DNA of 64,000 nt, taken from sequence record MK817115.1. The stretch is one strand, 5' to 3'. The DNA comes from Escherichia phage vB_EcoM_phAPEC6. The translations under genes were made by a program, and so were the position numbers. Shown here in pieces: positions 19,702 through 29,750 of this stretch (position 1 is its first letter; each line of letters starts with the position of its first letter). The notes under the pieces were generated by a model. That model worked only from the letters and a program-made list of their open reading frames with translations. It had not been told where the DNA came from and ran no database searches.

Positions 19702-22365
19702 TTATTGAGTTTTCTCGATACGGATTGGTACGTAAATGAAGTTAATACTCTTAGTTGGTTGAATTGCAATATCCATCCAAAGTTCATTACGGTCAATACG
19801 CTCTGCGGTGTTGTTACTTTCATCACAAACCACTGCGAAGTTATAAAGACCCTGTTGTTGAACAATTTCAGCCAAGAAGCTATTAACTACACCACTAAAT
19901 TCCTGACGAGTACTTGGAGTATTCAAACGGAATAGGAATGGTTCGGAAATAATTTCTAGTTGACGACGAATATAAACAACTAAACGAGCAACGTTAACAC
20001 GACTTAGTGCAGAAGTTTGATTAGCAGATAGAGTTTTATCTCCATAAACAAGCAAACCACGGTTAGGACGCATTGCAATTGGGTTAATGTTGTTAGTATA
20101 CATAACGTCACGTTGACCTTGGTTGTATACTACTGGTTGATATTCACCTTCGCTGTTGATAAAACCAGTACTTGCAGCGTTTGTTACAACACCACGAGTT
20201 GTACCAGCAGGTGGATACCATACATAACTAACACTATCACTGTATGCATATGTACGCATTGCAATAGTACTACCAGGAACTGCAACTTCTTCACCATCAA
20301 CGTTAGTACTTAGACACCAACCCATATACTGAGCAGCATAATCATAAGCAGTTGTACGACCAACTGAACCGTTGCTTGGTGCATTGTTAGCATTAGTAGC
20401 CCATTGTTGTACAGCACTACCGTTTCCGGTTGGATTCAAACGTGCTGGAACGTCAGTAACAATAAATGCAGTTTCTTTACGATCAGTGTTTAAAGTTACA
20501 CATTCATCAAGTGTTTCAACGTAACCAGGTACACAAATTAGGTTAAAATCAATAAATTCAGAACGAATGTCATCATTACCAATAATAACAGCAGCTAGTG
20601 CTTCAACTACTAGTTGACGTTGTGCAGCACGACCAAATAGGCCAGCACCATCAAGACTTACACCACTAACAACTTCCCATTGACCATTAACCATTTTCTT
20701 AACAACACCTTCAGTGTTACCTAGGTCAACTGCAAGCATACCATTTTGATACAATGCCGCAGCAGGAACTTGGCTTGGGAAATTAAAGTCTTGGAAAATC
20801 ATACCATTTAGTGTACTTTGATCAGTACTGTCAAGTTTAACCCATTCACCATCAACGTTACGATAGAAATCATAACCATCAATGCCTTGAGACAAAGGAC
20901 AAACCCAAATTAAACGGTCAGCCGCTGGTTCATCAACTTGTACATATTTGTTTTCTTCTTGTACTAGATCCCATTCATCATTAGCAACATCAGCAACATA
21001 CATAGTTACAGTTAGATTATCGGAGTTCCCGAAATCATACCAGAGAGTTCCTTCTTTTGCTACACTACGTGGTACTGAATAACTAACACGGAAGTTATTA
21101 ACGTTAATTAGAGAGTAGTTGTTACTATCTACAGTTAGTTTTTGTAGTTCAGGTTCAGCAAAAATATCATCACCACTTTGTGTGATTTTGAAACTGTAAC
21201 CTTTTGTATTGGAAACAACTAAACCACCATTAGTTTCACGTTTAAATTTAAAACCATCGTTAATAATTTCAGCATTTGCATTTAGATTATTGATGATAGT
21301 TTGGGTATTAATAACACCGCCTTGTGGAACTGCTAGTACTTTAACTGATTTATTCAAATAAACAAAAGTCATATAACTATCAGCACCTGCTTGTTCAATA
21401 ATAGTTTCACCAAGTGGCAAAGCAGGAGCACTAATTGTTGTTAGTTTTGCACTTTGAATATAGAAAGAGAAACTCTTACTATCTTCATCAAAACGAGATG
21501 CGATATAACTATTGTTTAGTACACCACTTTTCGCTTCAATTTCTTGGAATGAATTACCAGTATATGCTGGTACAATATTCCAAACTTGAGTTAGGGATGC
21601 ATAACGTTTAATAACAAAACGAGTACCAAAATAGTTTGAACCATTTTGGGTGTAACCATCACGAATCCAAATGTTACCTTTTTCTACAGTTGAGCCAACT
21701 GGAACTTTGTTAATTGGTGATAGATAAGTTTCCATTTGCACTAGCCCAGAAGCAGAACGTTTATACATTAGCATCTGACCATTGCTTGGTTTGTAACGTA
21801 GAACTAAATCATCAACATTTAAACCTACTAGACTTACATCTTCAACTTCTTCAGCACTTACAATAGTTACTGGCTTAAGTTGCCAATCATAAAAACTGCT
21901 TGGACTATCTTTCTTCGCTACATACGCTTCTACTTGTGATTGTGCGGTATCAAACCACAAAGTACCATTGGATACTGGGCCAGTTGGTGCTTCAGCACTT
22001 GGTGCTAGTTGTGCTAGATCGATATCAGCACGAATTACATATGCACGGTTAGTAATGCCTAGATAAGAATATACTGCATGTAGGCCATATTCGTTTAGTT
22101 CATCACCTTGAACAACAGAACCGTTATTCATTTGAAAAATTGGTGTACCATAGGTATCAAGTGAGCTTTTTTGTGATGTTAGAAGCTGTAGTTTTCCAGC
22201 GTTTGCTTTAGTAGTTCCCGCAGCTATTGCACTGCTTCCTGGGACAAGTTTGTCTTCAGCAGTAGCGATTACAAATAGTGGTACAGTGCCAGGAGCAGCA
22301 GCGGTACTCATACTTTCATCAGTTACTGAAATGGAAACGCCAGGTGAGAGTAGATCTCCTGCCAT
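19702..22365 (-). CDS. Tail sheath protein
   Basis: 887 aa; N-terminus LLSPGVSISVTDES resembles the conserved LLSPG start of T4 gp18-type sheath proteins; synteny with tube. Confidence 0.75.
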   Translation of the reverse strand: MAGDLLSPGVSISVTDESMSTAAAPGTVPLFVIATAEDKLVPGSSAIAAGTTKANAGKLQLLTSQKSSLDTYGTPIFQMNNGSVVQGDELNEYGLHAVYSYLGITNRAYVIRADIDLAQLAPSAEAPTGPVSNGTLWFDTAQSQVEAYVAKKDSPSSFYDWQLKPVTIVSAEEVEDVSLVGLNVDDLVLRYKPSNGQMLMYKRSASGLVQMETYLSPINKVPVGSTVEKGNIWIRDGYTQNGSNYFGTRFVIKRYASLTQVWNIVPAYTGNSFQEIEAKSGVLNNSYIASRFDEDSKSFSFYIQSAKLTTISAPALPLGETIIEQAGADSYMTFVYLNKSVKVLAVPQGGVINTQTIINNLNANAEIINDGFKFKRETNGGLVVSNTKGYSFKITQSGDDIFAEPELQKLTVDSNNYSLINVNNFRVSYSVPRSVAKEGTLWYDFGNSDNLTVTMYVADVANDEWDLVQEENKYVQVDEPAADRLIWVCPLSQGIDGYDFYRNVDGEWVKLDSTDQSTLNGMIFQDFNFPSQVPAAALYQNGMLAVDLGNTEGVVKKMVNGQWEVVSGVSLDGAGLFGRAAQRQLVVEALAAVIIGNDDIRSEFIDFNLICVPGYVETLDECVTLNTDRKETAFIVTDVPARLNPTGNGSAVQQWATNANNAPSNGSVGRTTAYDYAAQYMGWCLSTNVDGEEVAVPGSTIAMRTYAYSDSVSYVWYPPAGTTRGVVTNAASTGFINSEGEYQPVVYNQGQRDVMYTNNINPIAMRPNRGLLVYGDKTLSANQTSALSRVNVARLVVYIRRQLEIISEPFLFRLNTPSTRQEFSGVVNSFLAEIVQQQGLYNFAVVCDESNNTAERIDRNELWMDIAIQPTKSINFIYVPIRIEKTQ

Positions 22366-22459
22366 ATTAAATCCTCCAAAAATAATTGGTTATTCGAAAT
22401 ATATTCGTATAGTCTTATTTATTGAAGGATTTAATTGTCCAGTCCTTATTGTTTATAAT

Positions 22460-23086
22460 TTATGTATTAGAATAAATAATGTCCATTGCTTTTTTATGTA
22501 AATCATCAATAGTACTGTTATTCTGTACAATTATATCAGGATTGTTTATGCCAATCCAAGCCCACTCAGATTCGTGTACTGATTCTAGTTCAACTGGTTT
22601 AATATTAATATCCCCTTTATTATAAGAGGCCGCCAAACCATACCAATGTGGTAGAACACGTTGAACTTCAATAATAGTCCCATTTTGCGATCTAATCATT
22701 TTTAATTCATTTGGAAAACGGCAATCAGTGATGATGATATTTCCATCTATTTCTTGCATTGATTTTTCTAAACTGAATACCCAAATATCATTATGAAAAT
22801 ACTTACGCAAAATATTAGTACCATAATTCTGCAATACCCATCGAGGGGATACATCACTACGACCTAACTTATCACACCAGTACTGGTCCGGTTCTTCACG
22901 AATCTTACGACTTTCCTTAGTTGAACCTTCAAGCATTTCACGATCCCATCCAAAAATAGCAGCAACGGAATCTTTAAGATTAGTTGCAAATGACATTCTG
23001 GTGTAACCATTATTAATAAAAGTTTCTCCAAAAGTATCTTTACCACTTCCAATAGTACCGTTAATTGCAATTATTTGTCTTTCCAT
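22460..23086 (-). CDS. Deoxynucleoside monophosphate kinase (T4 gp1-like)
   Basis: P-loop NGTIGSGKDT at N-terminus; size and layout as T4 dNMP kinase. Confidence 0.65.
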   Translation of the reverse strand: MERQIIAINGTIGSGKDTFGETFINNGYTRMSFATNLKDSVAAIFGWDREMLEGSTKESRKIREEPDQYWCDKLGRSDVSPRWVLQNYGTNILRKYFHNDIWVFSLEKSMQEIDGNIIITDCRFPNELKMIRSQNGTIIEVQRVLPHWYGLAASYNKGDINIKPVELESVHESEWAWIGINNPDIIVQNNSTIDDLHKKAMDIIYSNT

Positions 23087-23104
23087 AATACTTCTCCATG
23101 TATA

Positions 23105-23374
23105 TTATATAAGTACTACTAAATCCTTTCCTACTAAACATTCAAGTAATTGAACTATAAACTCGCTCCCATAATATATAGTAACATAAGTGATGTAGAA
23201 TGTTTCTCCATTATCATCACGACATATACTCGCCCACGCGTTTATTCGATCTCTACCGAAAACATCAACGATTGATTCTTTTAAAAATTTCCAGAATTTT
23301 TCAGTTGACTCATAATCTAATGTAGGTGCACCACAACTATATTTGTTATACATTGCATCTATGTTGTTATTCAT
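23105..23374 (-). CDS. Hypothetical protein
   Basis: 89-aa ORF. Confidence 0.4.
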   Translation of the reverse strand: MNNNIDAMYNKYSCGAPTLDYESTEKFWKFLKESIVDVFGRDRINAWASICRDDNGETFYITYVTIYYGSEFIVQLLECLVGKDLVVLI

Positions 23375-23420
23375 GTTAGGTTCCTTAAGATTAATATTAT
23401 CATTATATCACATAATGTGA

Positions 23421-23447
23421 AAAAGACTCCATATAGGAGTCTTTTTT
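23421..23447. terminator. Intrinsic terminator hairpin
   Basis: AGACTCC-ATAT-AGGAGTCT flanked by A-run and TTTTTT. Confidence 0.55.
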
Positions 23448-23450
23448 AAT

Positions 23451-24257
23451 TTAACCAATAATCATACCTAGTGGTTCAGCACCATCTTGATAACGTTTCA
23501 AACGCTCTTTAAGCTGTTCCTGAAGTTGTAATCCTTCATTACGTAATGTATCACCATCCATAGAAAACGTTCCCTGTGGACCTGGAAGAGAAGCAAATTT
23601 GGCACGGTTACGACCCAACATAATCATGGCTTCAGACAATGCCCAATCACGTAGCCAAGGATAACTTTGCTGTCTTTGAAACAACAATGGTTCAGGAATA
23701 TTATGATATACGTGTAATAGTACTTCTTCAGTACCGCGAATATCACGATCTATAATTAATTTTTTGGTCATTGGGTTAAATTGAAATATAATATCACGAC
23801 CAAACATACGACCTACCAGTTCTTGGAACTGAAAACTAAAATCATATGTAGTTAGATCATATCCACCTGCATTTCGTGCTGAAGTCAATAAGTAAGTGTT
23901 GGTGAATGCTAGAGAAAACGGATCTACTGAGTTCCCACTACCAGAACTTAAGTAACCATTACCATAACGATAAATCTTTTTAACAATTTCAACTTCAGTT
24001 GGTAGCATATATACAGATTGTGAATCATAAAATTTCATATTTAAAAATGCTTCTTCTTTAGAAGCAGAACTCCACGCTCTGTAATTCGATACCGCATTAT
24101 CAATTGCAATTTCTAATTGACCATCAGTAATTTCTACCTCAACGGCCCCAGCACCCAACATTTGAGTGATAACATCTTTCAGTTTTTCACGATGGTCAAA
24201 GTTAGGAGCATCAGGGTTTCCACCCATATAATCGTAAGACATAAAAAAGCACCTCAT
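23451..24257 (-). CDS. Hypothetical protein
   Basis: 268-aa ORF followed by terminator hairpin. Confidence 0.5.
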   Translation of the reverse strand: MRCFFMSYDYMGGNPDAPNFDHREKLKDVITQMLGAGAVEVEITDGQLEIAIDNAVSNYRAWSSASKEEAFLNMKFYDSQSVYMLPTEVEIVKKIYRYGNGYLSSGSGNSVDPFSLAFTNTYLLTSARNAGGYDLTTYDFSFQFQELVGRMFGRDIIFQFNPMTKKLIIDRDIRGTEEVLLHVYHNIPEPLLFQRQQSYPWLRDWALSEAMIMLGRNRAKFASLPGPQGTFSMDGDTLRNEGLQLQEQLKERLKRYQDGAEPLGMIIG

Positions 24258-24503
24258 TAATGTTTATATACATTATTTAGAGGTGCTAATAGTTATTTTG
24301 AATTATACAAGCAGTACAGGTATACCAATGGAGTAAAATGCTCGGAATCTATTATATATATTAACTGAGTAACATATATTCCATATAGATCTCGTGATTT
24401 ATCTCTGTACATTAACAATGATTTATTTAAGTAAGGATCAACCCAGTACTTAATATCATTGTACTTCAACGTGTTGTTACGGTAACCTGACAGTTTCGAA
24501 TTT

Positions 24504-24881
24504 TTATTCAATTTTCTTACAATTACTCAGTAAGTGAATGATATCATCAGCAGTGAATGGTCCCAATACCAGAACTTCTTCACCATTACCGAAAATGCTC
24601 AATGGTACTGATTGCTGACCAGCTAGATATTCAATTTGTTCCAGTTCGAAAATGTCATCAGCAGCATAAACTACCTGCTCCATTTCATTATCTTTAATCC
24701 ATGACTGCCAATGTTCTTTAAACTTCTTAGCTTCGTATTCTTGAACATAGTTAGGTGATTCAGGGTTGTATTGATGTAACATAGTCATCCCAGCCATTAC
24801 TAATTCTTTAGGGGATGGTGTAGAATCTTTCAGTACTACGATAGCTTGGATAGTTTTTACTTTAACGTCATTAGCAGCCAT
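24504..24881 (-). CDS. Hypothetical protein
   Basis: 125-aa ORF. Confidence 0.45.
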   Translation of the reverse strand: MAANDVKVKTIQAIVVLKDSTPSPKELVMAGMTMLHQYNPESPNYVQEYEAKKFKEHWQSWIKDNEMEQVVYAADDIFELEQIEYLAGQQSVPLSIFGNGEEVLVLGPFTADDIIHLLSNCKKIE

Positions 24882-24893
24882 TATATACCTCTA

Positions 24894-25211
24894 TTATAGA
24901 ATGATTTTATTCTCAGGAACGAAAACTTTTGGAGTGTTTTCGATTGCTTTAATAGCATCAACATAAGCATCAACTAATGCAGGGTTTGCATCACTAACAC
25001 TAATAATGTTGGATTTATAAAAAATAACATTTTTCTCCATACTAACAAACTCTAGATAATCACGAAGAATGATTTCACCATTTTCGTCAGTCCCTAGTTG
25101 TGCTGGGTAGTTAACTACAACAGCTTCAGCAGAATCGGTTTGTAGAACTGCTAGTACTGGGCCAATGTTATTGATGTTTAGTAGTTTAACGGTCATAGTC
25201 ATTTTTGTCAA
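24894..25211 (-). CDS. Hypothetical protein
   Basis: 105-aa ORF. Confidence 0.45.
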   Translation of the reverse strand: MTKMTMTVKLLNINNIGPVLAVLQTDSAEAVVVNYPAQLGTDENGEIILRDYLEFVSMEKNVIFYKSNIISVSDANPALVDAYVDAIKAIENTPKVFVPENKIIL

Positions 25212-25221
25212 GTCCTTTTGT

Positions 25222-25698
25222 TTATTTTAGAATGTATAAGTGTTTTTCTGCATTGACCAGTCGGTGATCAATGATTTCTTTGATAACGTTCCAGTTACCG
25301 CCGCCCAAATCGGCTCCAATTTTCGGGAAGTGTACATGAACATCTCGATCAACTTTACAAAAATAATTTAGATGTTTGAACACATCGTCGATTGCATCAT
25401 AACTGACATATTTAGCACCGTCATTACCGTACATTTTTTGGGTAATACAGTTTGCAATAATCAAATTATCGTTAATTGCTGAATATGCAATTTGTCCAAT
25501 TCTAAGAAATCCCATTTCCTTTTCATATGCTTTATAATCATCATATGCCATTGGGTAACGATTTCTTAGCTCTTTTGCAAAACCTGAACCCATTTTACCC
25601 TGTGCGTTACAACCATGAGCAATTATATGTATTGCTGTTTTATCATCTGTAACAGTACTGAATAATTCAAACAGATTACCTCGGTGTTCATGAATCAT
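25222..25698 (-). CDS. Macro domain-like protein (ADP-ribose binding/processing candidate)
   Basis: AIHIIAHGCNAQGKMGSGFA resembles macro-domain N-A-A-N / G-G-G signature region; 158 aa. Confidence 0.45.
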   Translation of the reverse strand: MIHEHRGNLFELFSTVTDDKTAIHIIAHGCNAQGKMGSGFAKELRNRYPMAYDDYKAYEKEMGFLRIGQIAYSAINDNLIIANCITQKMYGNDGAKYVSYDAIDDVFKHLNYFCKVDRDVHVHFPKIGADLGGGNWNVIKEIIDHRLVNAEKHLYILK

Positions 25699-25710
25699 TA
25701 TATTCTCCGA

Positions 25711-25737
25711 AAAGAAAGGACTCTGTGGTCAGAGTCC
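25711..25737 (-). terminator. Intrinsic terminator
   Basis: GGACTCTG-loop-CAGAGTCC with U-rich tail on minus strand. Confidence 0.5.
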
Positions 25738-25747
25738 TTATTTTAAA

Positions 25748-26005
25748 TTATTCTTCTTCACCGAAACGGATTTTCTTTAATTCTTTTCGATGCTTTCTAG
25801 CTATTGTACTTTTGTGAAGTCTATTACTGCGTTTTGTGTCTTTTGTAATGTACCATGAATCTTCTGGTGCATCATAATCACAAAATCCATCTTCCGTAAT
25901 TGTTCCTAAAAATGCAGATTTTTTAGGAATATTAGTTTGAGCTTTAGTCTGAAATTGACCTTTTGCTAATTGTTCACGAAAACTGAGCATAATAGTATCT
26001 CCCAA
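25748..26005 (-). CDS. Hypothetical basic protein
   Basis: 85-aa ORF followed by terminator. Confidence 0.4.
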   Translation of the reverse strand: MGDTIMLSFREQLAKGQFQTKAQTNIPKKSAFLGTITEDGFCDYDAPEDSWYITKDTKRSNRLHKSTIARKHRKELKKIRFGEEE

Positions 26006-26036
26006 ATTGTTAAGAAGAACTTTTTGTTCTTCACAT

Positions 26037-26288
26037 TTATTTAGGGTTGCCAGAAACCTTCACATATTTGATAAATGCCAAAATATCATCTTTACTAAAA
26101 GATTTTACAATAAATTCGACAGCGGAATCATACTGTTCTTGTTTAGATAGATATTCTTTCATCTTGTTAATTTTAATCTGGGCTTTTTCTTTAGCTATTG
26201 AAATATCAGGAATTTTGAACTCTACTCCCAACGTATCAGCTAGTTGTTTTGCACGAGATGATACTTTTTCAATATCCATTAGTTCCAA
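26037..26288 (-). CDS. Hypothetical protein
   Basis: 83-aa ORF. Confidence 0.4.
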   Translation of the reverse strand: MELMDIEKVSSRAKQLADTLGVEFKIPDISIAKEKAQIKINKMKEYLSKQEQYDSAVEFIVKSFSKDDILAFIKYVKVSGNPK

Positions 26289-26527
26289 CGACCTTCTTTA
26301 AGACCTTCAATAAACCCAGTACAACCACCTGGCACATAAATGTCATTTACGAAAATTTGAGGAACTTGACGAACTGGTTCACCACAAATTTCAGACAGTT
26401 TTGAACCATCGATACCTTCAGCAACAATATCTACAAACTCCATTTCAAATTTATTTTGTTCACATACAGCTTTTGCAGTGTCGCAAAATTTACAACCAGT
26501 CTTGCGACCATAAATTTTAACTTTCAT
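26279..26527 (-). CDS. Glutaredoxin-like protein (T4 NrdC-like)
   Basis: KIYGRKTGCKFCDTAK with CxxC redox motif in glutaredoxin position; 82 aa. Confidence 0.7.
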   Translation of the reverse strand: MKVKIYGRKTGCKFCDTAKAVCEQNKFEMEFVDIVAEGIDGSKLSEICGEPVRQVPQIFVNDIYVPGGCTGFIEGLKEGRWN

Positions 26528-26528
26528 G

Positions 26529-26930
26529 TTATTTCCTTCTATTTCTTTGAAAAGCTTTAACAGCTTTAATAATACTGTTACACATTCGTTCAGTCAAATA
26601 CTTTTGACATTCTCGTACATCAATGTACATGAACTTATCCAATTCTGGATGACTCTTACCATATCTATTAGTGTAAGTACTTTTACAAACTAATTCATCT
26701 GGTATTGGTTTGTCTTTGGCAGTATAAAAGAAAAGTACTAACCTTTTTCCCTTTCTATATGATACATCACCAAGAAACAGAAGATCATCTTCATCGATTT
26801 CGTATCCTGTCTCTTCGAAACATTCACGTACAGCAGCTTCTTTGAAAGTTTCATTACCCTCAGCTTTCCCTTTAGGTAAATCCCAATGATTCTGTCCGTG
26901 TTGTATGTCCGATAAGTATCTGACCATCAC
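26529..26930 (-). CDS. NUDIX hydrolase
   Basis: Nudix box GKAEGNETFKEAAVRECFEETGYE. Confidence 0.8.
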   Translation of the reverse strand: MMVRYLSDIQHGQNHWDLPKGKAEGNETFKEAAVRECFEETGYEIDEDDLLFLGDVSYRKGKRLVLFFYTAKDKPIPDELVCKSTYTNRYGKSHPELDKFMYIDVRECQKYLTERMCNSIIKAVKAFQRNRRK

Positions 26931-27038
26931 GATAAAATATTATACCACAACTATAACGCATATCTTATCTCTTTGTCATCAATCGATGTTCAGATACTAA
27001 TAATTATATCAGTTATTGGTTTTTTGTCCCACTATTTT

Positions 27039-28151
27039 TTAGAACATTTGTTTGATTGCTTCGTAACGAAGTTCACAAACAAAATCACGAATTTCTGACG
27101 TTTCAAGTTCACCATCTTTGACCATTTGCTGAATATCAGGCAATTCAACATCAGTATAACGATCATAAACTTTAATAATTAGATCTTCAAGTTCTAAATC
27201 AATTTCTTTTCGCAAAATGAAGTATTCCAAAACTTTATAAAGGAATTCTTCACCTCCGTTATTTTTAATATTCATATCCAATAAAATATTACCCATTTCA
27301 ATAGGGGTCTTTTTACGGAATGTTTTGATATCATCACGGAAACGTTTGATATAATTACTAAATTTAACATACTTAACTGGAACTTTAATAGCACCGTTAA
27401 GTACTGAATCATTATTTACTTCTTCATTTTCAAGAAGAATAGACCACAGAAAATATGGTTTATATACATCTGTACAGTTCTCTGCAATATAATCAATAAG
27501 GTCTAAATTCTTTTTGGTCAAAGATGTATTAAACACCTTTTCGTAATAACCAAATTTACTTAGCGTCTTAAGGAACTTTGCAGGCTTTTCTTCGGAAAAT
27601 GCTTTTTCGAATTCCACAAACACACGGTCAGGAACAAGATGATTTAGCTCACCACTATTGACCATTCCAATAGCGAGTTCCTCAGTGCTTTCATGGATAG
27701 TAAAGTCAGAATAACGAGTAGCAAATCGAGCAAGACGTAACACACGTAATGGATCTTCTTTAAAATGGTCAGACACATGACGTAGTACCTTGTTCTTGAT
27801 ATCAGCTTTACCACCGTATGGGTCAATGTGAATTTGTAGTACTGGATCATACGAAATTGCATTTATTGTTAGGTCACGGCGATACAAATCTTGTTCGAGT
27901 GTTACGCCTTTTGTATCCACTTCAAAGCCACCATATCCAGTACCAGTTTTACGCTCAGTACGGGCTAATGCGTGTTCATTACCTTCTGGACTTAGATATA
28001 CAGGGAAATCTTTACCTACTTGCTTATAGCCAATACTTTGCAAGTACTTAATATCAGATTCAGTTGCTCCGACAATGACATAATCTTTGTCTTTTGCACG
28101 AAGACCCATTAAACGGTCACGGACGTAGCCACCAACCAAATACTTTTTCAT
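27039..28151 (-). CDS. cca: CCA-adding tRNA nucleotidyltransferase (head domain, no obvious HD domain)
   Basis: MKKYLVGGYVRDRLMGL...ARTERK...RRDLTINA...EDPLRVLRLARFA matches bacterial CCA enzyme motifs. Confidence 0.85.
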   Translation of the reverse strand: MKKYLVGGYVRDRLMGLRAKDKDYVIVGATESDIKYLQSIGYKQVGKDFPVYLSPEGNEHALARTERKTGTGYGGFEVDTKGVTLEQDLYRRDLTINAISYDPVLQIHIDPYGGKADIKNKVLRHVSDHFKEDPLRVLRLARFATRYSDFTIHESTEELAIGMVNSGELNHLVPDRVFVEFEKAFSEEKPAKFLKTLSKFGYYEKVFNTSLTKKNLDLIDYIAENCTDVYKPYFLWSILLENEEVNNDSVLNGAIKVPVKYVKFSNYIKRFRDDIKTFRKKTPIEMGNILLDMNIKNNGGEEFLYKVLEYFILRKEIDLELEDLIIKVYDRYTDVELPDIQQMVKDGELETSEIRDFVCELRYEAIKQMF

Positions 28152-28152
28152 A

Positions 28153-28275
28153 TTATTCCCCCATCAACCAATCACGCAAACGTTCCCAGAAGCCTTTGGG
28201 CTTATATTCTGGGTATTCATATTCATCAGTGCCTTGCTCGGAAACACCCCAATCTTCTTCTAACATAGCAATCAT
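28153..28275 (-). CDS. Small acidic protein (40 aa), not in ORF track
   Basis: Hand-translated MIAMLEEDWGVSEQGTDEYEYPEYKPKGFWERLRDWLMGG; GGAGG RBS upstream; stop overlaps cca start. Confidence 0.4.
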   Translation of the reverse strand: MIAMLEEDWGVSEQGTDEYEYPEYKPKGFWERLRDWLMGE

Positions 28276-28286
28276 AATGCCTCCAA

Positions 28287-28709
28287 TTAAATTAATCTAT
28301 CACGTAGACGGTCGTAATATTTTTCGTGTATAGCTAGTATACACTGATATGCAGAATAGTCAATGCCAAATGTATCATCAATGAACATGTACTGATCAAG
28401 TGTTTCTGGTCCATTATCATCAACTGGTAATGTCCCTTCTTTTTTTGATAGGGTGTGCCACATCAACTCACTTTCAATATGGTGAGTTGCGTATGTCAAT
28501 TCAATCTTACTTTTTCTTAGTAAAATTAACAATTCATCATTGTCGTCGAGTGCATTACGAAATTTAATACGAACAGTACCCTGAAAATTATTAGTGTACA
28601 TAACACGATGTTGATTATATGTAACTAAACCACGTCTTTCAGTACTGATTTCATGTTCAGCAAAGTACTTTAACGTTTCATTAAATTTTGGAATTTTAGT
28701 AACGTCCAA
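28287..28709 (-). CDS. Hypothetical protein, paralog of 28696-29112
   Basis: Shared motif F(I/E)DDTFGID(Y/F)..YQ.I. Confidence 0.5.
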   Translation of the reverse strand: MDVTKIPKFNETLKYFAEHEISTERRGLVTYNQHRVMYTNNFQGTVRIKFRNALDDNDELLILLRKSKIELTYATHHIESELMWHTLSKKEGTLPVDDNGPETLDQYMFIDDTFGIDYSAYQCILAIHEKYYDRLRDRLI

Positions 28710-29112
28710 TCACATAATCCTCATAAAGTTCGTATACCCTCATTATACTCTGATATGTTTCAAAGTCAATGCCAAAGGTATCCTCAATGAACTGATATTG
28801 CATAAACTCTTCCTCTGTAGCAGCAATAGGAAGAGTCCCGTTTCGTTGTTCTGTTGATTGAACATCCTCAATATACATCAACACTATACTTTCATCCAGA
28901 TTTATATCTATCATAAAAACATCTTCACTATAAAATAAGTTATATGTACGGATGAAGAGATTTCCTGTTCTATCATAACTTGACACGTGTGTTTCATAAT
29001 ACATTTTATCTAAACTAAAGAACAAACCTGTACTATCTGGCTTTTTAGTATTTTTTAATTTAATTTCGATAGCATCAATCATAGGTTTAATATCAAACTT
29101 TTTCATATACAA
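28696..29112 (-). CDS. Hypothetical protein, paralog of 28287-28709
   Basis: Shared motif FIEDTFGIDFETYQSI. Confidence 0.5.
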   Translation of the reverse strand: MYMKKFDIKPMIDAIEIKLKNTKKPDSTGLFFSLDKMYYETHVSSYDRTGNLFIRTYNLFYSEDVFMIDINLDESIVLMYIEDVQSTEQRNGTLPIAATEEEFMQYQFIEDTFGIDFETYQSIMRVYELYEDYVIGRY

Positions 29113-29288
29113 ATCACATACTTATTACTATGTGGTTCGTAACAATATGAATCATTTACCTTAATACCAGGCTTAAGTTCAATAGTTGTTCCTGTTTCTG
29201 TACTGGGTTCTGCATCACAATAAATCATCACACCAACCCCGACTAGTAAGGATATGATACATATAACTATACATATTGTATATTCCAT
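29103..29288 (-). CDS. Small membrane protein
   Basis: 61 aa with N-terminal hydrophobic helix ICIVICIISLLVGVGVMIY. Confidence 0.4.
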   Translation of the reverse strand: MEYTICIVICIISLLVGVGVMIYCDAEPSTETGTTIELKPGIKVNDSYCYEPHSNKYVICI

Positions 29289-29301
29289 AAATTTATCTCC
29301 A

Positions 29302-29697
29302 TTATAAAAAGTAATTATACAGTTTATTGTACAATATAAAAAGGTCTTTCACATTATCATAAGTAATATCAGATACATCATGAATTAATGATAACTGAAA
29401 AAATGAAGCTTCGTCTATTTCTGCTGGAATTATAACATCACCATCGTCTTCGTCCATTTTATTGGTGTAGTATTTTATGTGATCTACATTCAACTCAATA
29501 GAAAACGCAATGTTGGTTTTTGTATAATCTTCAATTAATCCAATATATTGAGATTTTTCATTAATAAAAAATCCAATCCCAACACAACGGTTATCTGGAT
29601 ATGGATAGTACCATCTATTAATAACTAAGTGTTCAGGTAAGTCCATATCATGTGTTGATATTAGAGATTTTACAATTTCCATCCAGGAATAATTCAT
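29302..29697 (-). CDS. Hypothetical protein
   Basis: 131-aa ORF. Confidence 0.45.
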   Translation of the reverse strand: MNYSWMEIVKSLISTHDMDLPEHLVINRWYYPYPDNRCVGIGFFINEKSQYIGLIEDYTKTNIAFSIELNVDHIKYYTNKMDEDDGDVIIPAEIDEASFFQLSLIHDVSDITYDNVKDLFILYNKLYNYFL

Positions 29698-29713
29698 AAT
29701 TAAAACTCCATAA

Positions 29714-29740
29714 GAAAAGGGACAGAATTAATCTGTCCCT
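29714..29740 (-). terminator. Intrinsic terminator after HPF-like gene
   Basis: AGGGACAGA / TCTGTCCCT 9-bp stem, U-rich tail on minus strand. Confidence 0.55.
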
Positions 29741-29750
29741 TTAGTATATA

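Noticed and set aside
19665-19865. 66-aa ORF overlapping the 3' end of the tail sheath gene
   Set aside because: Nested in alternative frame of a well-supported gene
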